DNA of 57,880 nucleotides, the filler included, from Bipalium vagum (Eukaryota), in the NCBI GenBank assembly GCA_037834085.1. It is 3 parts of 3 records of this genome, joined end to end, with 100 filler letters (N's around TTAATTAATTAA, not from the genome) between each part and the next. Parts side by side here need not be neighbours in the genome. Positions count along the whole stretch, not along the records: positions 1 to 16,933 come from JBBMKC010085511.1; positions 17,034 to 38,877 come from JBBMKC010230961.1; 1 more part is not named here. One strand, 5' to 3'. Of this stretch, positions 14,458-26,577 are shown one piece after another. How positions within the stretch are numbered: the stretch's first letter is position 1; every line of letters starts with the position of its first letter. The notes under the pieces are model-generated. The model was not told where the DNA came from. It saw only the letters and a list, made by a program, of their open reading frames with translations, and did not search any database. A program made the position numbers and the translations under genes.

Positions 14458-14499
14458 TTTTAAAACAGTAGCATATTTTAATCAGAATCTAGATTAAAT

Positions 14500-15330
14500 T
14501 TAGTTTTTATTTTTTCACAATAATCATTTTGGATTTTTTCATGCTTTTTCAATTTATTTAAATTTTTTAAACTTAAATGATCAACATTTTCATGACCAGC
14601 TTTTTTATCAGATAAATATTTTCTTAAAGTTATGAATTTCTCAACTAAATATTTTGGTTTATAAATTCTATAACCTTCTCCATCTCTTTATATTTGGTGA
14701 TCTTTAAATACTTCATTTTTTTACTTGTAATATATTTAAATTTCTATGATCCTTCAGTAAGTTTTGTTATTTGAATATAAGTAAGTATATTCTTTTGATC
14801 AATTTATTTTTTTTATTTTGTAGAATGAAATTTTTCCTCAATTAAAAATATTTTAAATCATCAGTTAATTTAAATAATTTTTCATCATTTGGTTTTGGAT
14901 CATTTGGATTACTATATTTTAAAAAAATGTTTACATTTTCTTTAATAATCAAAAATTGAATTTCATTTATTATTAATGTGTTACCTATAATTGATGGAAT
15001 TATGGTTTAAAAAGAAGTGTATAAATCCAAAGTTAAAGATGATGAAATATTAATTGGTTGTATGCTAAAATCTATTGGTGTTTTTTAATCTATTATAATG
15101 TTATAAACTTTTTCATTTTTTCCTAATTTATTAGACAGTGTCTTTGTGTTTAGCGCATCAGTAACTGGTCTATGAAAATATATTATATCTTGTTGTATTC
15201 CTCTTTCTGTTTTCCGCTGATTTAACTGATTAGTTTCAAATTTATTTTGTGTTTCTATTAATTTTTCAATTATTTTTTTAAGATCAATTGAATTTTGATT
15301 TGCTGAAGCTAAGCCTCCAGGAACTTCGTT
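14500..15330 (-). pseudogene. Conserved Polinton ORF of uncertain function (possibly a core protein)
   Basis: Remnants KLTEGS*KF and NLVEKFITLRKYLSDKKAGHENV resemble the T.GLWEL and LVERL.LL...K.AGN motifs recalled from Maverick ORFs. It lies between the integrase and the minor capsid gene. Confidence 0.45.
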
Positions 15331-15439
15331 TGCATATATTTTTTATAATTTAAAATATCTCACTTATTTAAATTTTTGAAATCTTTAAAGTTCGCATCTT
15401 TCCTTTATACTCTTTTTTAATCTCTTGTTTCAATTCTGC

Positions 15440-15800
15440 TCTGATCATAGCTTCTCCTCTATTCTCTGTTGAATAAATTTCATAATCATCACAAACATTC
15501 TCAAATGTTTTATTGTAAAATTCAGTACCTTTATCAACTCAAATTTTTTAGGTTTTTTGGTAGTCTCCAAATATTTCATCAAAAACATCTGTTATAAATT
15601 TTCCAGTTTTATTTTTTTAAGGAACAGCTAAAGCATTTCTTCTGTATAAATCAATAACTCTTAATATTATTTTAGTTTCTTTCACCCGATACAAAGGTTA
15701 AATCTGCAGACCTAATATATATATATATCATCTTTGTTATAAACTTAAACCTTTAAGTAATTTTTAAGCTTTCTTTATAAAGTTCATTTGCTAATTTTTT
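15440..15800 (-). pseudogene. Polinton-type retroviral-like (rve) integrase, N-terminal to core portion
   Basis: Broken frames read KLANELYK..KVYNKDD..SADL..VID..AVP*KNKTG..PKK.*VDKGTEFYNKTF..EIYST. This fits the recalled Maverick integrase consensus LA.ELHK..W.ADL..AVPLKNK.G..PKKLWVDKG.EFYN..YST. Confidence 0.8.
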
Positions 15801-15818
15801 CTATTTTCTGGTTTTATT

Positions 15819-15903
15819 GCAGTCGTTTTGATTCAATTATTTGTGAACAAGACAGAAGTGACAGGGTCAGTAAATTTACGAGCTGTGTTTTGTATAGTTT
15901 CAG
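15819..15903 (+). repeat. Dispersed ~90 bp repeat, copy 1 (copy 2 at ~21545-21635)
   Basis: Both copies share agtcgttt(t)gattcaattatttgYgaacaag..gacagaag..acagggtcagtaaatttacga. Confidence 0.85.
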
Positions 15904-16933
15904 TATTATAAAGAGTAACAAAAGTTATCCTTGAAACTAAAACAGTTCAATTTTTTGTTATAAAATTAATATAATCTCATTTTCATGTAAACATGTTAGT
16001 ACTAGAATTTTTCGTTCAATATGTTACTATTTTATACATAATAAATATTAATTATCACAATTTAGCTTTAATAATAAATATTTTTAGTAAATTAAAATTC
16101 CACAATTTTCATAAAACAAGAATCATTTGATACTTATTTAAAATTTGAAAAAAAGAAACTTAAATTTGAATTTTAAGAAAAATTTTTTATTAAAAAGACC
16201 TTGAAAACGTCATTTATGTACAACAGATTTACTTTCTAAATAAAGTGTATATTTTATTATTTGATAATATTGAAAACTAGATCTTATTTTGGAAAATTAA
16301 ATAAAATAAAATAAGTTTTCATATTTATTTATTAAAATTGTCATATTTGAAATATAACTTTCAATCAGAACCATTTAAAAGTCATCATTTTATTTAATAT
16401 TAATTCAAATATTAAATATAAATTTTATGAAGCTGCATATGAATACTTTCAAAATATGAAACATTTTATGCCGCAACATTTGCAAATGATCATTAAGTAT
16501 AAAGAATGTGCAATAAAGTATTGATTGAACAATTATTTGTATTAATTTTTTATAAAAATGTTTATTATTGTGAAATGCTGAAATATATTATGCTATTCTT
16601 CAACTTGTTCCCAAGGCTGTTTCCCTATTCAAGTCATTTAAGAAAGATGAATTTGATTTTTTTGTTAATAAGTAACAATTTTTAGTTTTTTTTAAAGTTA
16701 TTTTTAATAAATATTTTATCTTACAATTTAATAAATAGAGTTATGTATTTTCTTGTTTAAATTAATTATAAAGGAAAAAATTAGATTATTTTATTAAAAT
16801 AATTTTACAAAAAAACATGAAGAAAAACTAATACTCTAAAATTTAAAAATAGAAATGGATATTCAACATAAAATAGTATAAAATTTAAGATAATAAACAA
16901 ACTGGAAAAGTTGTTTTATTGATCATTTACTGA

Positions 16934-17033
16934 NNNNNNNNNNNNNNNNNNNNNNNNNNNNNNNNNNNNNNNNNNNNTTAATTAATTAANNNNNNNNNNN
17001 NNNNNNNNNNNNNNNNNNNNNNNNNNNNNNNNN
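16934..17033. other. Assembly gap with artificial linker
   Basis: 44 N, TTAATTAATTAA, 44 N. Confidence 0.97.
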
Positions 17034-17149
17034 GATTTATAATTTACAAGTTAATGATTAAATGATTAATTTAAACAATGCAGAAAATTACTTTTCTAAT
17101 TTAAAATGTATGATTTGTAACAATTATTATCTTCCCGATTTAAGTAGCG

Positions 17150-17680
17150 CACCTTGTACATCCAATAAATTGTATTAGTTACCCACTATTGTTTGAATGG
17201 GTCTGTAGAAGCATTATTTATTTATGAACATTTTTGAGAAGTACTGTGAGCAATTCACAAGAATCAATACTACTATTCGTTAAAGCCGCCTGGCTTTGAA
17301 CATTCGAAAAGGAATATTCTTTCAGCAAGATAATGCCAGACTCCATGTTGCGGAAAAGGCACTGTAAGAACTGAAAAAATTGAAATAGGAAATTCTCCAA
17401 CATCCATCATCTCTGATTATATTGGGCCTTCTGACTTTTATCTGTTTGGGTCTTTACGAAATAGTTTTAGTGGTAAGACGTGTAATGCTGATAGAGCTGT
17501 CGAAACCTATCTTACGAACTTTTCCAAGAAAACCTAAACATTTCTGTCAATATAGAATCAGACAGCTTGTAGAATGGTGATATTTGTAGAGAGGAGTGGT
17601 GATTGTGTAATTAATTAAGTTGCTTTATTTAATTTTAGTCTTTAATTTTTACAAAATCGGTCCATATCTTTTTCAATTAT
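17150..17680 (+). mobile_element. Mariner 3' half remnant
   Basis: QQDNARLHVA..EILQHP..GPSDFYLFGSLRN correspond to mariner catalytic motifs 2 and 3. Confidence 0.8.
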
Positions 17681-17699
17681 TCTTGTTTAATTTTCAAAA

Positions 17700-18430
17700 C
17701 ACTTGAGTTACATAAAATGCTTGATTAAATGCAGTTGGTTAAAATAAACAATGGATTATCAAATAAACACGATGCAGTGGGTTAAAACAAAACCTTGCCA
17801 TCAATGGGTTATCAAAAAAACATGATGGGATGGATTACAAAAAAACTTTGTCGTCAATTGGTTTAAAAATTTGTCATCAATAGGTTTAGAAAAATCTTAT
17901 AAAATCTTAGTCAACAACAGAAATACTGTCACTTTGTTTTTCATTATAAGAACCGTGGTCAAAAAAAGATCATGTATAATGAGTGATGAGTGAAAAGCCT
18001 ATTGTCAATTGGCTAAGGATAAAAATTTTACTCATCACACAGTCAATCAGAAACATACGTTTTGTGAACAAAGAGACCGGTGCCAATATACAGAGAATTG
18101 AATCTATCTGGGAAACATTAAAAATTAAGACAAAATGTTTGAGGGGAGTATATGGAACGGTACTGAAGTCTTACCTGGTCCGATGGACATGGAGGCATAA
18201 TTTTCTTAAGAAAGATCCCAATGCCATATTTGATTTATTAAATAAATTGTTTTTACTGGTTTTTTAATTGTCCTTTAATTAATTGAAAAAAACATTGGTT
18301 GGAAAATGAACATGATTAGTTGTGATTGGTTATAAAACAGGCATGAAAACCCTAAGTGTGTTGGAAAAAAACAAGGGTTGAAAGCTAAACATGATCCAAT
18401 TTTTTAAAACCAATTATTTCGATTTAATAC
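17700..18430 (+). mobile_element. Merlin (IS1595/ISXO2-like) transposon remnant with degenerate flanking tandem repeats
   Basis: HTVN../FVNKETGANIQRIESIW..K..G..LKSYL..WTWR fits the Merlin/ISXO2 C-terminal motif. Degenerate short repeats lie at ~17720-17890 and ~18290-18400. Confidence 0.8.
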
Positions 18431-18451
18431 ATGAGACTGAAAAATATATTA

Positions 18452-19682
18452 CAGCGGTATACAAAAGTTTAAGGAACCTTAAAATTATCATCATAAATTA
18501 AGTAATTATCATTTTGTATCAGTTACAAAATTCTACGATTTGTTTAGGTAAAGTAATTGACTTATTTATTTCAGTTTGGTATTTTTGACACTAAAAAACT
18601 ATTAGAAACTAATGTGGGAAAATCCTTCTTTGACTCCGACAATCAGATCACAAGTTTTATGCTTAGCCCGAGAATGGTACAGTCAGATGAACATTGTAAG
18701 AAGAATAAATGTCGCAAGATGTGCAGTGAAGAATTCGTTAAGCAAATATAATGAAACGGGCAGCTATCATGACGCAGAAAGAAGTTGTAGGCCGAAGAAG
18801 ACGACATTTTATGATGATCGTGTAATTCGCCGATTTATGGTTTTTAATTCATGATGTATGACAGAAGATGTTCGAAAGAATTTATTAGATGATGGTGTAA
18901 ATCTCCACAAGATCACCATTAGTAGATGTCTCAAAGACATGGATTTGAAAGTTTTTGAGGCTGCAAAAAGACCTCTCATAACTCAAGCGAGTCAGCAGAG
19001 ATTGCAATTTGCGAAGACCTACAGACATTGGACCTAAGAAGATTGGAAGAAAATTCTTTGATCTGATGAGTGGTACATAAGCCTCTTTTTTGATTACATT
19101 CGCAGACCAGCTGGTAAAATGTACAACGAAAGGTACACACAACCGACAGTGAAGCATGCAGAATCCCTATGATATGGAGTTGCATTAGTGCCAATGGTCT
19201 GGGTGAAGTAGAAATTTTAGAGATAGAAAGCTGGGAAAATCTGGACTGTAATATTTTCATACAGAATTCCGCCCCATGTCATATTTCAAAATAAAGAATT
19301 AGTTAAGAAATCATAACTTTAAAGTTGCCTGAAAATTTCCCAGACTTAAATCCCTTAGAAAACATATTGAAAAAATGAAAGAATGAGTTGTCCAAGAAAC
19401 CCAGCCAACTGTCATCAACTAGAAGATGTAATAAAGTCCGTTTTCCGTACAGAAATAAACGGCAAGCTCTGCGCGACGTGTGTGAATTAAATGCTAGATA
19501 GTCTGAAAGGCGTTATTATTGCCCGCGGAAGATCAAAAAAATGTTAATTTGAATCAGATATGATTTTTGTGTTTTGTAAATAAATTTCCACTGGTCTTTA
19601 AATTGGTTATATGTATCAAATTTAATAAAACTTATAAGCTAATTAAAATTTCAAAGGGTGCCTTTAATTTTGCACACCACTG
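18452..19682 (+). mobile_element. Tc1 element with both ends and an inactivated transposase
   Basis: TIRs CAGCGGTATACAAAAG and reverse-complement CAGTGGTGTGCAAAA, both flanked by TA. Frames contain WKKIL*SDE, PTVKH, IWSCISANGLG, QNSAPCH and PDLNPLENI. Confidence 0.92.
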
Positions 19683-20844
19683 TACATAATAGCCGACATT
19701 ATGTATCATGTTCACAAATAATTACAATTGTTATCAACTGTTGAGGTGTCCTTGAGATTCAAGTCGTACTTACCAAATGCTTGATCTGTTAAAAGTAATG
19801 TACTGGAACGTTATTTTTGTCATGATTGAGTGAATTAACATGATTAATAACGAAATTTTCATTTACTAATTAATTTACATATTAACATTTATTGTCTTTA
19901 TTTTGACTCGAAACATCCTTTATCTAACCCTGTGGTATTTTTAATCTAACCCTCAACATCAAATGAGCTCGTCATAATTATTATTTACTTTATACAAGCT
20001 AAAAACGTGTTTCTGGCAATTAATTACCTTCCCATAACAAATCGGAAATCATTTTTATTTACGTTAAGTATATTCCGACAAACCGAGAATGTTACTTTAA
20101 GATAAGAAAAGATTTATCAAATCACAAAAGAATAAATAAAAGCTACCATTTCTTAAGAAAATAAAAATAAATAAAAAGGCACAAAATAATACAAAAAACA
20201 AAAAATACCTATTTCAAATTATTAAATATTGCTATATAAACGTCTCTTTGTTTCAAGATGCTCTTCATTAAGGTGTGTCTTTTTGCGATCTTCACAAAAT
20301 GATCAATTTAGATTTTTAACTCTGTTGATTAAGGTCGTTTTGGTTAACATATTCAACTTATGCTTCACAAATCTTCAAAAATTATCCATTTTGCTAAAAA
20401 TCAATCAGTTACACAGATAACATTTACACTACATCTGGACTATATTAAAAAACTCATTCCTCTGCTCGTCAAAAAATTAACGTTACAGGCTTTTGTATAA
20501 GTTATTTATAATAAATTCTTTACTAATTATTGGTCTGATCTTGAAAAATGTTGATCTTTCTTTATCAGTGAATATAATTTTAGGTTCTCCTGTCGATTTT
20601 CGGGCTTATTTAAGCTAAGAACAAAAAAATACAGAAAAATGATCGAAACTATTATAATATTAATATGTTGGGTTAACTAAGTGCACATCCCTTTAACCCT
20701 TTTAGATTATCTTTATGATAATTTTTATAGTAATAAATAATTAGAAAAAGCTCAAAAGTATCAGAGATGGAATAATAATAATAATAATTAATTATAAATT
20801 GCAAATTTAATAATAATTATTATTATAAAATATTTTTTATCAAT

Positions 20845-21050
20845 AGATGATCTAATCTTGACAACGGTGAATGTCGAATTGCCAAGATTAGATCAAGATC
20901 CGCAATTAGGGACCGATTTAGATTTTAGTGCCTAGACATTTCCCATTAAGTAGCCGTCTGATCGGTATAAAAGGCACTGGAATCCTCAATTGGTTGCCAT
21001 AAAATTAGAGTTAATAAAATTTTTAATTATTTTGGAGCGTCAGAACCATT
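20845..21050 (+). repeat. LTR-like or unclassified repeat containing a 17-bp hairpin
   Basis: Locally GC-richer island with a hairpin at 20848-20895, then TATAAAA and a downstream AATAAA. Confidence 0.3.
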
Positions 21051-22981
21051 TTTGGATTTTCAGAAGAAGCCATTGATTTGCAAAAAGTTTATAAAATTCA
21101 TTATGTCTTTGCAGGCTTTTATACTGCAGGAGCCAATTATGGGTCCTATGCTGTTAGGTCCTTTATGAGCGTATCGGCTCCGGCTTATCAAACAATCCTA
21201 CGAACCATCGTCTTTTAAAACGGTTTTTTCTCTTGTTTGTTTATCTTGTTAAATTAACATTTATCCGATTAACTATTAACATTTGATTTAACTTTTATTG
21301 ATTATTTAACTTGTTTGTTTTGATTTGCTTTATTGATTCTGATTATTTAAGACATTTCACATTGTATCAGGTTGTTCGGAAATAAATTAGCATTTTTTCG
21401 AATGAAAAAGAAAATGAAATAATTTTTGACTGAAGACATTTATTTATTAAAAATAATTTCCATTACATTTAATACTAATACCTAATAGATTGTGTTATTG
21501 TTTGATACGTTTGTGTAATTGTGTTAGAAGAATAAAGTCTTATTGTAGTCGTTTGATTCAATTATTTGCGAACAAGTTATTGACAGAAGGCACAGGGTCA
21601 GTAAATTTACGAACTAAGCGTTACGAATAGTTTAAAAAGATTATAAATCGTAACTATATTCTCTTTTTGATGACCGGCCATCTCGGGTTAGGATCAACGA
21701 GTGAAGAAAAAGCCATAATCAGTAAACTGATCTCGTTTATTGTTCCATCAGAAATTTGTATAAGATAATACTGGGGAAAAATTCGGCTTTTTAAAATAAA
21801 TTAAATATTGTTTAAATTATATAAAAAAATATTTATTAAAACTAATTGTTTGCAGTGACCAGGTTTTATTTTCCAATGATTTACGAAAAAATAATTGTAA
21901 ATTTTTTTTAAATAAAAGCTTCACATCCTGATCAATTGTGCCGATATGCACAAATATATCACCTAGCAACCATTTTATATTTTATCTTACGTTTAAAACA
22001 AATACTTCAAAGTTGAAATAAATATAATTGCCAAATTCAATTTAGTTTCATTAATCATTAATAATAAATTTTATTATAATATCCCGTTGCTAAGCCCCAA
22101 AGAGAATCAAATTCACCACCATAAAATATTTTATGTAACAACTTTTATGATTAAATCACAATTAAACTAATATCCAGAATTTATTCCCGGTAATTAAAAG
22201 CGGTTTAAGTTTTATTTACTATTTTATCACAGTGAAAGAATTTTAGATTTTCTCTGATAAATATAAATTAATTATTTTTCACTTGATTCAAACAATTCAA
22301 TTAATTTATTATTAAAATACACAGTTAATAATCCTCAATTATATTATTAATATTTATAAGTATTATCATACCTATGAGAGCAAAAAGGGAAAAATATTAT
22401 TTATTTATTTTGCAAAATGTATAAATTTTATGTATTGTCAAAGAATAAAGGAGGCAGTCATAAATAATTATGATCCATTATTGATAGCACATCTTCAGAA
22501 TGATGAATAAATTATTTATTTCATTTTAGGGGGAATTATGGTTAAAAATAACCCGAAATATCATCGAAATTATTCTTTTGTCGGATTAAAACAAATTTCA
22601 GAAAAATAATTTCAAATAACATCTGCTGAACAGATATTCTAAATTTGGTTGCTACTTACATGGAAAAATTATATATTAATTTCACATCACAATCTATTTA
22701 TATATATGTATAAATAAAATGCTCACACGTCACCTTTAGATTTGACACAGGGATTGGTTTTAAATGTTTATTTGTCAAAATTGACAGTTTTATTATTTGT
22801 TTTAATTTAAATAAAAATTTAATTATGCAAAATAGTATCCAAGTCTTTTATCTAAATGTTATTCTTCGATTTTTCTTCTATTTTAATTTGTTGGGTTGGC
22901 CAAGGACACGTCCATTTAACCTTTCGAATTAAAAGTTAATTATAAGAGCACTAATTAAAGGTCTAGAATAATATAATAATA

Positions 22982-24393
22982 TTGGGTTGTAAAGTTCAAA
23001 ATCCAACTAATACAACTTACATTTAAAATAATGAATTTTTACATAAATAAAATAAGAAACTTAACAAAAGTAATTTCCATTGTTATCTATGATCTTTTGC
23101 CACCTTATAGGTAAATTCATGATTCTTCCTCATAAAAAATGGTGGGATTAGATATAAAAAATTGCCAAAGGCGTTTTTGATATCGACCTCTTTAGAAAAT
23201 TCTTTTCCATTCAGATAATTTTGAAAAGACCTGAACAGATGATAATCTGAAGGCGCAATATCAGGTGAGTACGCCGGATGATGAAGAACTTCCCATTCTA
23301 ATGCCTTTAATTTTTCTTGTACGATTTTTGAAATATGGGGTCTGGCATTGTCATGTTGAATGATTACATTCTTTCTGCTTATCAATCCTGGTCTGGATTT
23401 TTTTAATTCTACCTCAAGTCTTCCTAATTGGTCACAATAAACCTTACCTGTGATAGTTATGTTACGTGGAAAAATATGATATATAGTTTGTATTGTGTAT
23501 ATAATAAATCTTCCTGTGAGTATCGTTATATATTATTCCACGATAATCCCACCACGATAATCAATAATAATAAATCCCAATAATAATTAAAGATTATTAA
23601 GATAATTAATCCCACCACGATAATCCCAGGTCTGGTTTGGCAGTGGGTATCGGCTTCTGGCCAGGCGTAAGCCATTGTTTTTTCCTTTTCATGTTGACGT
23701 AGCACATCTACTTCTCATCTCCTGTTACAATGATTTTAAAAAAATTATCGTTATTGAATCTTTGGTAAAGAGAAGAACAAGTCAAAAATCTGCGATTTTT
23801 GTTGTTTTCACTTAAGCAATGAGGAATTCATAACCTTTGCCAATGGACTTTGTCTAATTGATGAAGATGAGTGGCAATGGTAGTGTGCGAAACCTGAAGG
23901 TTATCTCCCAAGTGGAGCGTTGTACACATAGAATCTCCCTCGATAAGAGATAGAAGAACATTGTTATAAATAATTTTACAGGTTCATTAATTAATGAATT
24001 AATGAATAGTTTCACTTAATTAATTTAATTTTTAAAGATCATTCCGCCTTTAAATCTTCTAAACCATCTTTGACATTTATCTAGTGACAGATTACATTCA
24101 GGATAGGTTGTTGATATGTTTTTAAATGCATTTAAGCTGGTTGATCCCTTTCTAAATTCATATATCAAACAATGCCTGATATGAATTTCTTCAGCATTCA
24201 TCTAAAATTAATTTTATCTAATTATTTAAAATGTTAAAATTTAATGTTAAAATTATTAAATCAAACTAATCAGTAAAACAACATGTTAATAACATTAAAT
24301 AAATAGTAATTATAAATTTGTTTATTTATTGTTGAGAAATATTGTCTCGAAAATTAGTTTATAATAAGTTGGATTTTGAACTTTACAACCTAA
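22982..24393 (-). mobile_element. Full-length mariner (DD34D) with an inactivated transposase
   Basis: Near-perfect TIRs TT(G/A)GGTTGTAAAGTTCAAAATCCAACT with TA at both ends. ATG at 24201; motifs IVTGDEK, HDNARPH and YSPDIAPSDYHLF. Confidence 0.95.
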
Positions 24394-25164
24394 TAATAAT
24401 AAAAGATATTTCTTTAAAAAAAATTTTTAATTTCTCTGATAACTTTTAAAACTTCATTATGAATATTAAAACATTCATTTAATATCTATTTATTGTTATG
24501 GAGGTTTACATAGCCAATTACTTTATGAATTAAATGCAGACAAAATGAGAGATAAAGCTCTCAGTTTTACAGAACTTAGAAAAAACATTTTAAAAACTAA
24601 AAAATAATAATTAAAAGAAAAATAAAGGAATAGACAATTTATTTAGTCTTTTTAGATAGATAAAAATGCAGAAATTTACAAAGACTGCAAGTGGGTACAA
24701 GTTCAGAGAATTCGCAGGAATAACGTTTTTGTAAGCTTTATTTTTTGTTTGTCTAAACATATTTTTATTTTACAGCTAAAAGATAATAAAATTACCTTAA
24801 CATTTTATTCTTTAAACAAAATTTTATTTATTACATTAAATAATTAAATGATCTCAACTTTTACCTCTTGTAAGTAAAAATTCTCACTTATATTTAAGTA
24901 ATAAATTATTGATATTATTCTGCCTACTTGGTTATTGTGTTGCAATAAATATAAATAATATAAATGAATATAAAAATGAAATTTTATAAAAAACAAAATT
25001 TTCATAACGGGTGACGAAAAAAGGAAAAATTGTAAGTATAGATACCAAAGATAAATATTAGATTGTCTAAGAAGTAAAGAACCTTTATCACACTGTGTAG
25101 CTTTAGAGTCGTGAATCTCAAATACTATAATTAACATTAAATAAAAATCAAATGAATTATTACG

Positions 25165-25420
25165 TTACGGTGTCTTAAATTCACATATTGAAATTTAGAA
25201 AGCGTTAAACATAAGTGAAACAACTGGAAAATATCAGAATTATATTGCGATTTTATATCCACAAAGATTCAAGTGCTTCTAAAATTCAAACCAGGAAATT
25301 TTTGCAGTTTATGGTGATGATACTTTATCAAAAGCAACAGCCAAAAGATGGTTCAGTTTTTCTGGAAATATTGATGTTGCAGATGCTCTTCGATCTCGTC
25401 GATCAATTTAGACTATCTAA
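25165..25420 (+). mobile_element. Mariner 5' fragment
   Basis: ENIRIILRFY../AVYGDDTLSKATAKRWF..DALRSRR matches the mariner HTH. Confidence 0.7.
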
Positions 25421-25776
25421 TATATTTTAAAAATCAATATATGTGCTTTGATGAGGAATAAAATGTGTACAACTTAGATTAAAATATTTATTTTAACTAT
25501 TTTTTTAAAAAATTGAGGTCAAAGAAAGTGATCGATGGAGAGCACGTGTACAATCTTTATTTTGAACACTGATCCGAAAGTAACAGGAACACAACAAATC
25601 ATTTTAGAGACAAAAAATACCCCAAAGTATAGTACATATATAGAATAACTCAAGTTGAAAATGAAATGGCATAAAATTGTTGATGGAAGTGGTAGAATTA
25701 CTTAAGTATAACGCAATTTGATCATTAGTGCACTTCAAACTATGTTTCACCAGAAGTACATTGTTTCACAAAGATA

Positions 25777-26577
25777 AAGGGTGAACTAACCAAAATCCGG
25801 ACAGTTAAATTAGTTTATAAAAACAAAATGATAAAATTAGTCACTAAGAAAAAATATATATTAACACTATATGAAGATCTGATAATTTATATTATATAAA
25901 AATAATATCATGAAATATTATATACAACTCGGTGAACTTTCCTGCGAATACGTCCAATCAAGTTTTTTACAACGTATTGATCGACTTTCTGAGATGCTCC
26001 TAACCATTCTTTCCGAAATTGCTGAATTGTTTCGATAGTTTTTATTATCTTTAAATAACTTTTTACAATTGAATAATTTCTTCAATAAGTCGAAGTTTTG
26101 AATTGTTTGCAGGATTGCAATCTTTCGGTACATAATGGACACCATTATCCTCAAACCACTTTATAGTATTTTGCTTAATGGATGCTTGCTAAGTCTGGCC
26201 AAAACAATGAATTTGTTTCATGCCTCTTTAGAAATGGCAGTAAACATTTCTAGAGACATTCTTTCTGATATATTTGTGAATTCATCGTACCAGAAGTGAT
26301 ATAAGGACTAGTTTTTAAGTCATTGATTTGGGTATTTTTAGGGATTTTGAAATTGGATACCAAGATTTGTATTTTCAAGATATTTTTGCAAGATTACATA
26401 TCTGTTCTCTAACTCCATTGATCACATATTAATGAATATTGCTTTTTTTCAAATAAATATGAATTGATTTACAAAGACAAACGTAGCTGCTATGTGGATG
26501 AATATTAATTTTCTGGCTAATTTAATTTTACAGATATAGAAAGACAAAAGTATCCGGATTTTGGTTGGTTCATTCTT
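25777..26577 (-). mobile_element. Internally deleted DD37E (ITmD37E-like) Tc1/mariner element
   Basis: TIRs AAG(GG/AA)TGAACYAACCAAAATCCGGA, both flanked by TA. The remnant reads YQKECL..LLPFLK..FWPDLASIH*AK/TIKWF..VPKDCNPANNSKLRLIE, with 37 residues between D and E after correcting one frameshift. Confidence 0.85.

Larger units (their letters stand above)
13300..15800 (-). mobile_element. Polinton/Maverick (adintovirus-like) relic
   Basis: Three adjacent decayed genes on the - strand (retroviral-like integrase, a conserved Polinton-like ORF and a minor capsid protein), plus an inverted second integrase fragment. See the sub-features. Confidence 0.75.

Noticed and set aside
16978-16989. Palindromic TTAATTAATTAA inside N-runs (also 38922-38933)
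   Set aside because: The identical 44N-12-44N layout occurs twice. It is an artificial all-frame-stop scaffold linker, not biology.
17720-17890. CRISPR-like repeat array
   Set aside because: The repeats are degenerate and lack regular unique spacers, the context is eukaryotic with no cas genes, and a Merlin-associated tandem repeat explains them better.
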